Assembly (NCBI RefSeq): GCF_009834535.1
Contig: NC_045697.1
Span: 102,488,001 to 102,552,000, forward strand
DNA length: 64,000 nucleotides
From: Camelus ferus
Lineage: Eukaryota
Direction of reading: 5' to 3'
In this document: one piece after another, positions 36,401-47,745 of the stretch
Position numbering within the stretch: the first letter of the stretch is position 1
Layout of the letters: each line of letters starts with the position of its first letter
Notes under the pieces: model-generated
Seen by the model: the letters and a program-made list of their open reading frames with translations, nothing else
Databases searched by the model: none
What the model was told of the DNA's origin: nothing
Translations under genes and position numbers: made by a program

Positions 36401-39085
36401 CCTGACTTCTGGTGCCACCTCTGCTATGAAAGTGCTTTGTGCCCCTGGACCAGTCATTGACTTGAGCCTCAATTTTTCCTCTGTAAAAATCAGAGGATCA
36501 GTAGTACCTGAGGTTCCTTTCATTTCCAATTTTCAGCATGTCAGTACTTGGAGGAATATTTAGAAATTTACTCCATTAAATGTAAGCATTTTTACACATG
36601 GTGTTTACCAAATATATACCTTCTTTCCCATAGTTTTAAAGTTGCAAATTTTGAAACTCTGGACATTAGCAACATAGAACATTTAATTGGTTCCAGTGAA
36701 ATGTTGTAAGTTACAGAAAAACAGCAATTGTGGTAATATAAAAAAGAGGGCTCACTGCATACCAGTCATGAATGATAATTCATGAAAATGGTAACCACCA
36801 CTAAGACTGGTTGTGTATTCACACACACGTTCCTCTTTGGGAAATGCACAAGTAAATAGAGGAAGGGGGTCAGGTGATTATTTTTAAAAGGATAATTATA
36901 ATTGGACTTAGTATATAAGAAACCAAAATCCAGGTATCCTTAAATCAGGCAGGATTAAAATAATGGCAGAATACAAAACTATGGACCTCTAAGAAGGAGG
37001 CTATGCAAATGCTGTAGGGAATTTCTAGCTATTTAAATGATAAAATAATGACCTTCCATCTACAGTACCCATAACTCACTCACTAAAATAGAATATTCCC
37101 AGATATCCTCAGTGAGTTTCTTCTTTGTTTCGACAATGGAGCCTCCTTAACTAATCAGTCTTTTGGGGCTGTAAATTATGCTGGTGGGGAAAACAAAACA
37201 AAACAAAACAACCATCTCCTTTTCTACCTGCCTGTGAATCTACAAAAGTTAATTTGGTTGTGGATAGAGTAAACTAGATGTGAAAAATTGAAAAGGCAAA
37301 GAGGGTAATGCACGCTTGATAATTTTAGTTTCACATGTAAGGATTTCAGTGCTGTTTCCTTGAGAGCAGTCCCATGGTGCCAATTAACCTAACGTATTCC
37401 AAAACAATTCTCTGTTTGGAAAGAATCCTTTTCATTGTGGGTGTTCCTTGAAATCGTATGCCTCATCCCCTGTCATTACTGAGATGTGTGCTGTGCAATT
37501 CAAAGTACCAGCCTTGTTTCCACGCAGCGTAGAGATCAGAGCTGTATCCCACATGCAGTGTCAGATAATCTGTTTTAATTTTGTCCGATGCACACATATT
37601 TTAACCTTTAGTAATTTTTTTAATGTGGAAAACGCATCTTTATCTAATGTAAAACCCAGTTATTTCATGTCAGAATTACCAAAAACACAAAAAGCAAGAG
37701 ATTTGTTTTAATCAGGAAATAGCTTTTCTTGGAAAAATTTTAAAGTAAGTCAACTTTCTTGGCTTGCTTTAAATTAGCATCTTCATTTTTCCTGGAAATA
37801 ACGTGAAAATGCTTTTCCTTCAGTGTGAGACAACACTGGACTTGAAAAGATTGAAAAGGGTTTAACTAACCAGGTAAATGCATTCTCCACGTTTTTAGGC
37901 TATGTTATCTATTTGGCTTTCTGAAGTATTCTTTTTTGAATCTAATAAATCAATTAACCAATATTCATTCTAAGATTGAATTTGGTGAACAGAATATATG
38001 TGCTTTTCATCAGGGCACACATCTTTTTTAAGTCTGAAACCACCACACACAAAGGATTTAATTCTGACAGGCATTTGTTCTCAGCATAAATACTTTAGGG
38101 CCAGTGGTCGTCCCCACTTAATCATGCTTCTTAAAAGTGAATTCCAGAAGACTTGAGGCCCCAAATGACCCCTGGTAAGGTGAGTTGTCAGTAAATTACT
38201 TTTATGATGTGCCCTAGGGAAGCAAGTCTGCTAGAACTTGGTAGGGAGTTGGCCCCCTCTTGCCTGGAGGGGAATGACCTTTAACTTTATCTAACCTTTG
38301 CATTTCTAATTCTAAATTTTTGGGAGGCATTTAGTCGCGTTGTTGGATATCCTATTAAAACGGAGACCTCTCCTGTGCCCATAAGATAGTGTTAATCACA
38401 CGTTTGTCACTCAGCTTCCCAATGAAGCCTGCCAGTGTGCTTTTTGTTTGTACAGTTTACTTTTAACTGCCAAACATTGGATGAGTTGAAATATAAATGA
38501 GTTCAAAACGGATTCATAGTTAAATGATGACTGCCTTGGGTGACATTTGGGAAACACTGTAGAAAATTTAATCCCTGTAATTTTGCTCATTTGAATTTAT
38601 TGTGGCACTTGAAAATTCATAAGCGCCATTAAAGATGAATGAAGATCTTGAATCAGAATACATGTATTCTTTTTCACAAAAATATTTAGTTATTGAAAAC
38701 AGGTCTTGTCAATTTTTGTGTTGTCTCCGTTATGAAAAATCTTTTATTGTGCTTTTGGGGAATAATTACATCAAAATCCTCACCTGTACGAATTCAGATT
38801 CAGGTTTGCATTAAAAAAAATACCCTTATTTGGCTATCTTACACTGAAAACATTGGGAAATAATGCTCTTTTACAGGAGATAAAATACAAAGTGATCATT
38901 CATTTCCTGGTAAAGATCAGGGCATAAGTTAGGTAGACCCAGATGTCTACTGTTTTAATTCCATGAATGTCTAATTTTTCCTTCTTGTCCCATTAGTTTT
39001 GGATGACATTGGAAGGCCCAGTATTTTTAATTCTTTCATAAAGAAAAGTAGTTCACTGCTCAGTTTTATTGTTTATAAGTGTATC

Positions 39086-39181
39086 ATATATACATGTAAC
39101 TATGGGTGTGCATATATATATATATGTGTATATATATGTATATATATATATGGTGTGCGTATATACGCATACCCATATATA
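39086..39181. repeat. Imperfect (TA)n/(TG)n repeat
   Basis: catatatatatatatgtgtatatatatgtatatatatata... Confidence 0.85.
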
Positions 39182-40439
39182 ATAGAACACTATGTGGCTG
39201 AATGAAACATTGCTAAATTTAAGCTTTTCCCCCCAAATTACACACCTAAGTTTTAATCAGACATTGTTTAGGTATGTAAATGCATAGACTAAATGTAGAA
39301 TATTTCTATAATCTCTCTGATTTATACATCAGATTGTAACATAAGCAAAGCCAAGCGGTCTAAGCTTTGCATGTGGTATCAGCCCTTTGAGGAGTTCAAC
39401 AATATGCAGTCGTAGAAGCAGTTAGTGTAACTTCAGTCATTTTCTAGTGGGGAGGAGGAGAGGTCAGCAAATTCTTTCCTATAAACCAAAGGCCCTGGCT
39501 CAAGAGTGTATATAAACAAGATGTAAGTTTTAAATATAGTTTAAATGCCACCCAGGAGAAAAACTCAATGGTAAAGAAGTTATCAACAGACAAGGAGCAA
39601 TCTTTAAATGATGGAGAAAATATTAAATTGGTGGCAATAACATTAGGAATACATAGGCATGTGCTTCCAAAACTGTAGCACAAAAGGTCCTCTTCCTCCC
39701 ACCCTGCCCCAGCTGTTTCTCTCTGGATGTGGGAGCTGTAGAAATGGTACAGCAAGATGTAAGTTGGATTCCTTGATCACCCTAAGTAGAGTTTACTTGA
39801 GAAAATGGCCATCAAACTTATAATTGTGACACGAATTGGGAAGCAATGCCTAGAATACAATAAATGACCCATGAAGATACGAATATTCAAACTATCTTAG
39901 GCTGTTTGCTTGTTTTAATCCTACCAAAAGGACTTGGTTGTCATTCTGTGTGCTCCTACTTAAATATGGCTAGGGGGTTTTTTGGTTTGTGTGTGTGTTT
40001 GGTTTTGGTTTTGTTTTCTCAAAAATTCTACCAGGAAGTATCTTGACATTTTAATCATTACAGCCTGTTCTACTTTTTTCTTGCCTGGAGTCTTGCTATT
40101 ATCACTGAACATGGACTAGGAGACATTCCTGTGTGCTGGGTACTGAGCAGGGCCCATCTCTGGAGCCATTTCTGGAACCTGACCCAAAACACAGGACCTG
40201 GAGTGTGGAAGGTAGTTCCCCAGAGGAAGATCAGAGTGCTGTGACCGAAGCAAATGGTTGGTGGGAGGAAAAGCAACATAGATATGAGACACTCTGGTTA
40301 ACAAGGGAGAGGAGACAGAATAAATGACCTGGTACACACTATTCCCAAAGTCTAAGCTGAGTCTAAGCCAAGATCCCAGGGGAAAGAACAGGGAACTCCA
40401 TCCATCTGAGGATGGTGGTGCCTCACATAGGGAATAACT

Positions 40440-40527
40440 TATTTTTTTCTTTTAATGGAGACATTAGGGATTGAACCCAGGTACTTACATATGGTAAGCT
40501 CTACCACTGAGCTATAACCCACCCCCT
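40440..40527 (-). mobile_element. Short camelid-type tRNA SINE with 10-bp TSD
   Basis: aatggagacattagggattgaacccagg...gctctaccactgagctataacccacccc; TSD GGGAATAACT at 40430-40439 and 40528-40537. Confidence 0.85.
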
Positions 40528-40984
40528 GGGAATAACTCTTAAATGGTATGGGCAGAAAAGACGGAAGAGCCTTTCATGCAGGAAGCATCATGGATGTCTT
40601 AAATATAGTTTATCTCTAAATAAAATATAGTTCTGGATTAAATATAGTTTATCTCTGGATAAAAGATCAGGATGGGGCTAGACATGTAAACTGAGGCGAG
40701 AGACAGTCCCCATAATGGGTCTCATATACGCAGGGATTCTGAGTTTCTTTCTGCAGAAGACAGCGAGGATGGTTATGGCCGGCGCCCAGTGAGAGGTTAG
40801 GCCCTCGGGTCCCAGCTGCCTTCTCCGGGCTGCTTCTCCTTGCAGGGGATCTGAGAGCTTCTCGTCTGGAGGACAAGGCAGCTTAAGAAATGGATCTAGA
40901 AAGAATTGAAAGATGAACGCAAAGGGAGAAGATCCTAGGGAAAACAGAAACGCAATTCAAACGGGCTTAATCAAAAAAGAAAAA

Positions 40985-41325
40985 ACAGCCCCTGGCTTTG
41001 CTCTCCCCTGCACTGGCTCCGTTCTTGGGCAGGCTTTCCTCCTGCGGCACCGATGATGGCCTTTCCGGGCTTCCGCCCTCCCGGGTTAGCAAGCCCAGGA
41101 CAACGAGGGCTACTCTCCCCCGAGGGCTGCCAAGGGCCCGCGGTGTGCTGCCTGGGTCACCTGCCCTTGGTGTCTGGAGCCGCGGGAAGAGAGCAGCATA
41201 ATCCAAAGCGCTAAACCCCGAGTGAGGAAGGGGTAAGGCCCCAAGGGAGATCGGAGCGTTGTTCCCAGCGGAGGTGGGAATGAGCGCTGGGCAGTCCCGG
41301 CACCAGCACCCGCGGCTCACTGGGC
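40985..41325 (-). mobile_element. Old MaLR LTR fragment (MLT1J/K-like), unusually CpG-rich
   Basis: ctgggtcacctgccc...ccccaagggagatcggagcgttgttcccagcggaggtgggaatgagcgctgggcag resembles the reverse complement of an MLT1 5' end; a similar, CpG-poor piece lies at ~40100-40290. Confidence 0.5.
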
Positions 41326-43513
41326 AAAAGAGGCTGCTTATTAAATGAGAGCAGGCTCTTAGTACTCAGTCTTGTCTTGCTTCCTCCCTGTGCTGCTCAT
41401 TACTAGGCTTTCCTCTGACTCATATTTCAGTGACTTTCAAGGGTTGTAAAGCAACCCAACAAAAGCTTTCTGTGGGTCCAATATACCTAATTAGGTGGTG
41501 GTCTCTGAATGTTCACATAGTACTGGTTTCTTGCTTAGGTCTACACGTCTTTTTAAGACGTGTAGACCAAGATACCTAGATTTGATGTACTCATAAAATA
41601 CACATCAGGAAGCATTGCAAAATCAGCAGAAACAATGGGGCCCCAAAGACTGACTTCCTAGTTTTTAAATTGCAGAAAATTATCCATCTCCAAAACCGGT
41701 AGCTGAGGCCCTGTAAGAAACACATCTACACAACCCACAGTCCTGCCCTGCTTTTGAAAGGCTTTTGTAAAATTTCTACTAAGTTCTATCCATTAATCAT
41801 ATTTATTTGTGAGTCACTGGAGAGTTTGCATCCAAGCCTGCAAAAATCCCAGAAGCGTGTAGGGGTCTTCAAAACGCTTAAATAGGGAATATGAAACATT
41901 TACTGATAATGTTTTATATTTTTGTACATAAAATTTTAGAATATTTTCACCCTATGGCTCTAAAGTTCCCCTTTGCTTTCCGATGATGTTGAGCTCATTT
42001 TGTGCAATTTAATTAACTTTGGTAAATAAGCGTGACAGGTTTTAATTAGTCTTTAGTCATAATGGTATGATTAATGTGCTGTAGACTACTTAAAGAGTAA
42101 TATTGTCATTTTTTAGATTTTGAATATCCTCATAAGTCTGTTAGTATGCCTTTGCTGAGTTTTTAATAAGCACATTAAAATCTGTTCTTATTTATTCACT
42201 TAAATGAAAGCAAGAGAAAGTTTGAGAAGCACAAATCCCGACTCTACCCAAGAATGTGTATACTTTCATCTCTAACATTAGGAAAAATCTTTAAATTAAT
42301 TATTTCTTTTCTTATTGAAAACCTTTGTCACATTTAAACATGTTCTTCAAATGAATGCTCACTACCTGCAATAAGCATTCAAAAATTAAAAGTTAATTTC
42401 TTTCGAGTGAAAACAAAAACTCGTTTATGTCTTACATGTCTGAGTTTTAAAAAGGAATGGTATTATGTAAGTATATGACAGACTTTCTTTTTTGTTCTCT
42501 CTGCCCAAAAACATGCCTATGAGCTCACTATCCCTCACTGAAGAAATGAACTTGTTTTCCTTAGCGTTTGTTAGACCATTGTCTGTCATATCCATTCTTT
42601 CTGAAAGCAGCGATTAATTTGCTCATGTAGAAAGTTGCCGTGACTTGACCCTTCTGCTTTATTTCCCCACCCTGACCTCTTGTCAGACTTTTCATTCTGC
42701 CACGTGATTATGTCAAGTGATGGGAAGGTATTTTTCTTTGAAACTGGCTTTTCACCCATGGAAGGTTCAGGTGGGATCGGCCAGAGGACTGTTAACCAAA
42801 GATGTTAGTAAAGCTACTTTCTGTTTGATCCAAAAGGCGACAGAGCTGTGGAACCCAGCTCAGAGGAATAATCTGTTTTCCGAAGGTCTCTATGTGGGAA
42901 CTTACCGACTACTTTTTCTGTATTTTATGGATCTGCAAAAATAATGCAGCTCTGCTCCACATGGGGGAGGCGGCTATCAGGGTGTCATCCATTCACTGAT
43001 GGGTTCATTCATTCAGGGAATGTTTAATGAACTTCTTCTATGTGAGCCCGAGGAACTGGGCAAAGTCCAGAAATTCTGTCTTAATACATTGATGGATTAC
43101 AATGAATTGATTGCAAACATTCAGATAGAGATTTACAGTATTAGAAAGAGAGTAAGAAGAAGGAAATAGGGGCCTTTGGATTTGCATCCCACAGTTTCTA
43201 AGCAGGTTCAAACATCTCCTCATTTACTTATTCGTTTATTTCGTATGAGGCTGTCTCACTGTTCCCAGTATTGATCTGAAAAAATGCTAAAATGCATAAA
43301 CTTTCTATTTATCCATAACAGGGAATGGGGAACTACTTAGTAACTGAATACGTTGATTAACTAATGATTTAAAAGGTACATGCTGAAAATTACCAGTTTT
43401 CAAAGAATGTACATGCAAGTACATGAAAAACATGTAAATCATGCCAAGCGCTATTTATTCTTAGATGCAAAGTTTGAAATATTGTAGATTTCAGGTCATC
43501 CTTAGAAATCTGT

Positions 43514-43854
43514 CAGGTTCACTCTCCCTTACCATCCTTTATATGAAACCTTGAGACCAGGTAAGTTTCAGAATTCAGGGATTTTCAGATTTATACTTAG
43601 TCAAGAAGGTTCACGTCTTGCGTTTTATCTGACAACCCTGGTGGGGTCTGGGATGCACCTGGTAGTAAATATATTAATCTATCTGCAGAAAAACATCTGA
43701 CTATTCCAACTGAGTGGAATAAAGACTGTAAACTTCTTCCCAGCAGTTCAGGTCTAGTTTTGCTGGCAATAAATTTTGCACAGAACTTATTAAAAAGCTT
43801 TTGCTTTTGGAAGCTTTTTGGATTTCACAATTTCCTAGGAGAGGCTGTGGACCT
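43514..43854. mobile_element. TcMar-Tigger non-autonomous element (subfamily uncertain)
   Basis: Degenerate terminal inverted repeats caggttcactctccctt / aggagaggctgtggacct; internal ggtggggtctgggatgcacc...aatatattaatctatctgcag. Confidence 0.55.
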
Positions 43855-45639
43855 CTTAGATGACAGCACTGCGCTTTCGCGTCTCATTTGTCTGGCAAGT
43901 GAGTTCAACATCAACTTTTAGGGACAGAGCTGGGAATGCAAAATTAAGCAAAAATGACTTCTGAGCTTCTAAGAAAATTGTTACTAAGTGCCACATGCTT
44001 GAGTCATAAAATCATCAAAGTTTTCGAAGTTGGAGGAACCCTTGGAATCATTCAACCTAGCTCCTCCATTCCTCAGTCAGGAAACTAGAGCCTGGAGAGG
44101 CGAAATAATTGGTATGGGGTTGGTTAGCCGCACAGAGCCATACTGACATCGAATTATATTGTATCAAATTAATCTTCATTATTTAACAAGTCTGATATCT
44201 CGCAGTTGGTGTTCCCAGAAGGTTCAAGTTTCTGAATGACAGTGAGCAGTGGATTAGAAAGACGGAGGACAGGAGGGCACAGCAGAGGCCGATTTATTGA
44301 GAAGTGGAAACTGATAGTGGGAGCTGGAAAGGAGCAGATTTGTGGGGCAGAAACAACTTCATACCAGCACATTCCCTGAAGGCCAGACAGCACAACCAAC
44401 GGATTCATGTCTGGGTAACAGTACCTGCCTCTTGTTCAGGCGCTCTCCATCAAAGGAAAGGTAGTGCTTTTCCATGAACACAAAGCACAGGTCTGCATGG
44501 CACTACTTGTCACCTACTGTTCACCATGGGTTAGATTTGTTTCTTTCAAAACATCCCCAATATCAAAGTATAAAATAATTATAAAAGTATTATTAAAAAG
44601 TGTTATAAAAGTATTATCTCTTCTCAAGGATAATTTCAATCAAGTGGAATTTCAGAAGGAGACACACGGAACAGCAGCATCAATGTTATTGATGATTAGA
44701 ATTTTTTTCGGGAAAAAAATCTCCCCGTGTGAAAACAAAATACAGAGGAGATCTTGTTTTCAAAGGTGAACACTAAGACGTTAAGAAAAAGATAAATTTG
44801 TATTTAAAATAGCAAGAATGTGTGAAACATATTTTTAAAGATTATCCATCAAATTTTGACGATCTTGACCTCTGTTAGAATTCAGATAACCCTGAGAAAA
44901 ATGGCTCTTCTCCTTACCCGTCTTTTTAGTTTAGCGGGAACAAATTTCAGCTCCTTTCTCAGATACAGATCTTGGTGGTGAGAAAGCTTGAGAATCTTTG
45001 GGTTCAGAGAAGAAAAAATTGTTTTAGGCAGAGAGAGAAAAAGAAAGGCAGAACCTGAGAGAGTTTAGGCACTGAAAACAAATCTCTGGTTTTGTAATCT
45101 GGCCCACATTAAAATAGTAACTTCCAGAATCAGATTTTGTCAGATTGTAGGATTTTATGGTCTTGTTCAAGAGTTTTGAAATCTTACTCATTTGCTTAGA
45201 CTATTGATAATGCAATCCTATGTTCCTCATTCTCTCTTTAAAATGAAGAAACTTGGATCAGATGGAACAGAGATAAAATATCTTCCTAATCTCAATCCTC
45301 CCAGAGTATAAATGACCAGAACAAGTGCTATTTACTTTATTTATCCCCCCTTTTTATAGTAGAAATAAAGAATAATGAGTGATATATTTATGAGGAATTT
45401 CTGAGTATAAAAGTTGATTCATGGTTTAAAAACTGTGGCGCTAATTAAAGAATTAACAAAAGATCACTGTGGTTACAATGGTTGGTTCTTGGAAATTGAA
45501 TTTAAGATTATAGTTAAGTAATTAACTTTGAAGCATGTAATATATTATACCAACTGCTTCTATGTATGTGGATCTTATATAGCTTGTGGGCCAGAGTAAA
45601 GTATACTTAAGACATGCTATGTGGTGATGACTTAGATTA

Positions 45640-45854
45640 AGGGTTGGCAAACTGCAGACTGAATCTGGCCCACTGCCTGTTTTTATAAATAAAGTTTTAT
45701 GGGAACATAGCCACACCGTTTCTTTACAGATTATCTGTGGCTACCTTTGTGCTACAACAGTGAACTTGACTACTTGCCACAGAGAGACTCTACGGCCCTC
45801 AAAGTCTTAAATATTTACAGTCTGACCCATTAGAAATAAAGCTGATTGACCCTG
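45640..45854. mobile_element. MER58A-like hAT-Charlie element
   Basis: agggttggcaaact...tctggcccactgcctgtttttataaataaagttttatgggaacatagccac...aaatatttacagtctgaccc...tgaccctg. Confidence 0.85.
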
Positions 45855-46305
45855 GATTTAAGTGGTCAATTAGTTATTCTCAGTGCACTCCTCTCTTAGA
45901 AATTATATTGATTCAAATCTTTGAAGACATTAGACTGTGATTTACAAATGATATTTTAACAAAATTAGGGATATCTTGAAAAAGTTAGCACTCTCTAAAT
46001 GCACATTTCAGCCTTATCTCGAATCCTAGTTTGTTTGTGGTTGATATTGCCAGAGCTTTGAATTTTTTAGGATATCATTACACAGAACAATTTTTGAGAG
46101 TCCCTATTTGGAACCAGTGAAGAGAAAGTGTCCTAGGTGCTTTTGATTGTGTTTTTGTAACTTTATACCACAATGACTTAGGTAGGGTTTCCGTTAGTCA
46201 CTGACACACCTGGGACTTGTACACATATCTCAACTCCCAATCCGCCGTTTTGACTCTCTGGATATTCTGCTACTTTCTGCCTTTAATGGTGCAGCATTGC
46301 CCTTA

Positions 46306-46755
46306 TAGGCAGACCTCATTTTATTGCATTTGGCAGATTTTTTACAAATTGAAGGTTTGTAGCAACCCCGCGTGGAACAAGCCTCTTGGTGCCATTTTTC
46401 CAACAGCATTTGCTCACATCTTGTTTCTCTGTCACTTTTGGGTAGTTCTTGCAATGTTTCAAACTTTTTCATAGTATTAGGTTTGTTATGGTAATCTGTG
46501 ATCTTTGATGTTTCTACAACTTACTGAAGGCTCAGATGATGGTTAGCAATTTTTAGCAATAATATATTTTTAAGCTAAGGTATATATGTTGTTTTTTTAG
46601 AATGCTATTGCACACTTAATAGACTACAGGATAGTGTAAACATAACTTTTATATGCACTGGGAAACCCCAAAATTCATGTAATTTGCTTTATTGTGATGT
46701 TCGCTTAATTGCAGTGGTCTGGAACTGAACCCACAATAGCTCCGCAGTCTGCCTG
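46306..46755 (+). mobile_element. Internally deleted Tigger1 derivative
   Basis: Both Tigger1 ends (taggcagacctc... and ...gcagtggtctggaactgaacccacaatagctccgcagtctgcctg) joined directly, flanked by TA at 46304-46305 and 46756-46757. Confidence 0.88.
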
Positions 46756-47029
46756 TATATTACTGCACCTGTGCACTACACAGAATAGCCCAGGAACACT
46801 CTTCATGAGTTACATCCTGCACTGTAGCACAAACCCCCTTACACTGACATTGCCCCTCCACGTGGACCAAAAGCTCCTGAGGGACAGGAACCATCCTGAT
46901 GCCATCTTCCCACATGCCAGACTTTGGCACCATTGGCTGTACAAGACTGATATTTTCATCAAAAAGTATATTTAAAAAATTTTCATCCTCTGCCCATGCT
47001 TAATTGTTAAAGTAGGTATTAAATTAAGA

Positions 47030-47140
47030 GTGGCTGCTTAATTTATCCTCCAAACTGGGATACCTTTGGGAGTGAAAGGAAAAGTTATATTAGAGCATAG
47101 GCCAGAACTATGTCCGGCAAACTAGGACCTAGGTCGGCTG
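47030..47140. mobile_element. MER94-like hAT element
   Basis: taatttatcctccaaactgggatacctttgggagtgaaagg...tgtccggcaaactaggac. Confidence 0.55.
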
Positions 47141-47736
47141 AAGCTTTTTTGACTTTAAAATTATAAAATTTCCTTAATTATACCAGGTTTGATTATTAAC
47201 TGTTTATCATAAAATAGACATAAAAATGACCTTAAGGATGGCAACAAAATGATTAAGAACAAAAACTGTTTGAAAAATTGAGAGAATTTCAAGGAACTTG
47301 TAATGTGTGCCTGATAAAATTAACAGATGACTGAGCCTCCTTTCTGTCTCCCACTTCCATAGTATCTTCTCTTTTCAGTCATCAAGGAAAGCAGGTAGCT
47401 GTCACTAAAGACAATGGCAAATAAAAGAAGGAGGAAAAAGAGAAGGGGGGAAGAAGAGTTGTGTCCAGGATTAGGAAGGAAGATCTTGCACAAACCATCT
47501 TGTTTTATTTTTACTCATTTTTAATCAGTGTTGGTTTTTTTTTTAAAGCATAATTAAGCATGCATTGATCTTACAATAAGCTTTACTTATACAGTAAAAT
47601 TTGAGCACGTGGTAAATTATGCAGCTCACTATATTAAGCCAGGACTTTCCAGTCCACCCAAAGTTTCCAGTAAAGTTCTGTTTGACCTTTGTATAAAAGA
47701 CCACCTTTACTAGGTGACTTATTTTTGCTGCCCTCT

Positions 47737-47745
47737 TGGGTGGTC
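47737..47745 (-). promoter_or_regulatory. Consensus GLI binding site
   Basis: TGGGTGGTC (= GACCACCCA on minus strand), the only perfect match I found in the window. Confidence 0.6.

Noticed and set aside
43558..43566. Perfect donor CAG|GTAAGT in intron 4
   Set aside because: Lies inside a Tigger-type remnant with no adjoining pyrimidine tract or convincing upstream exon.
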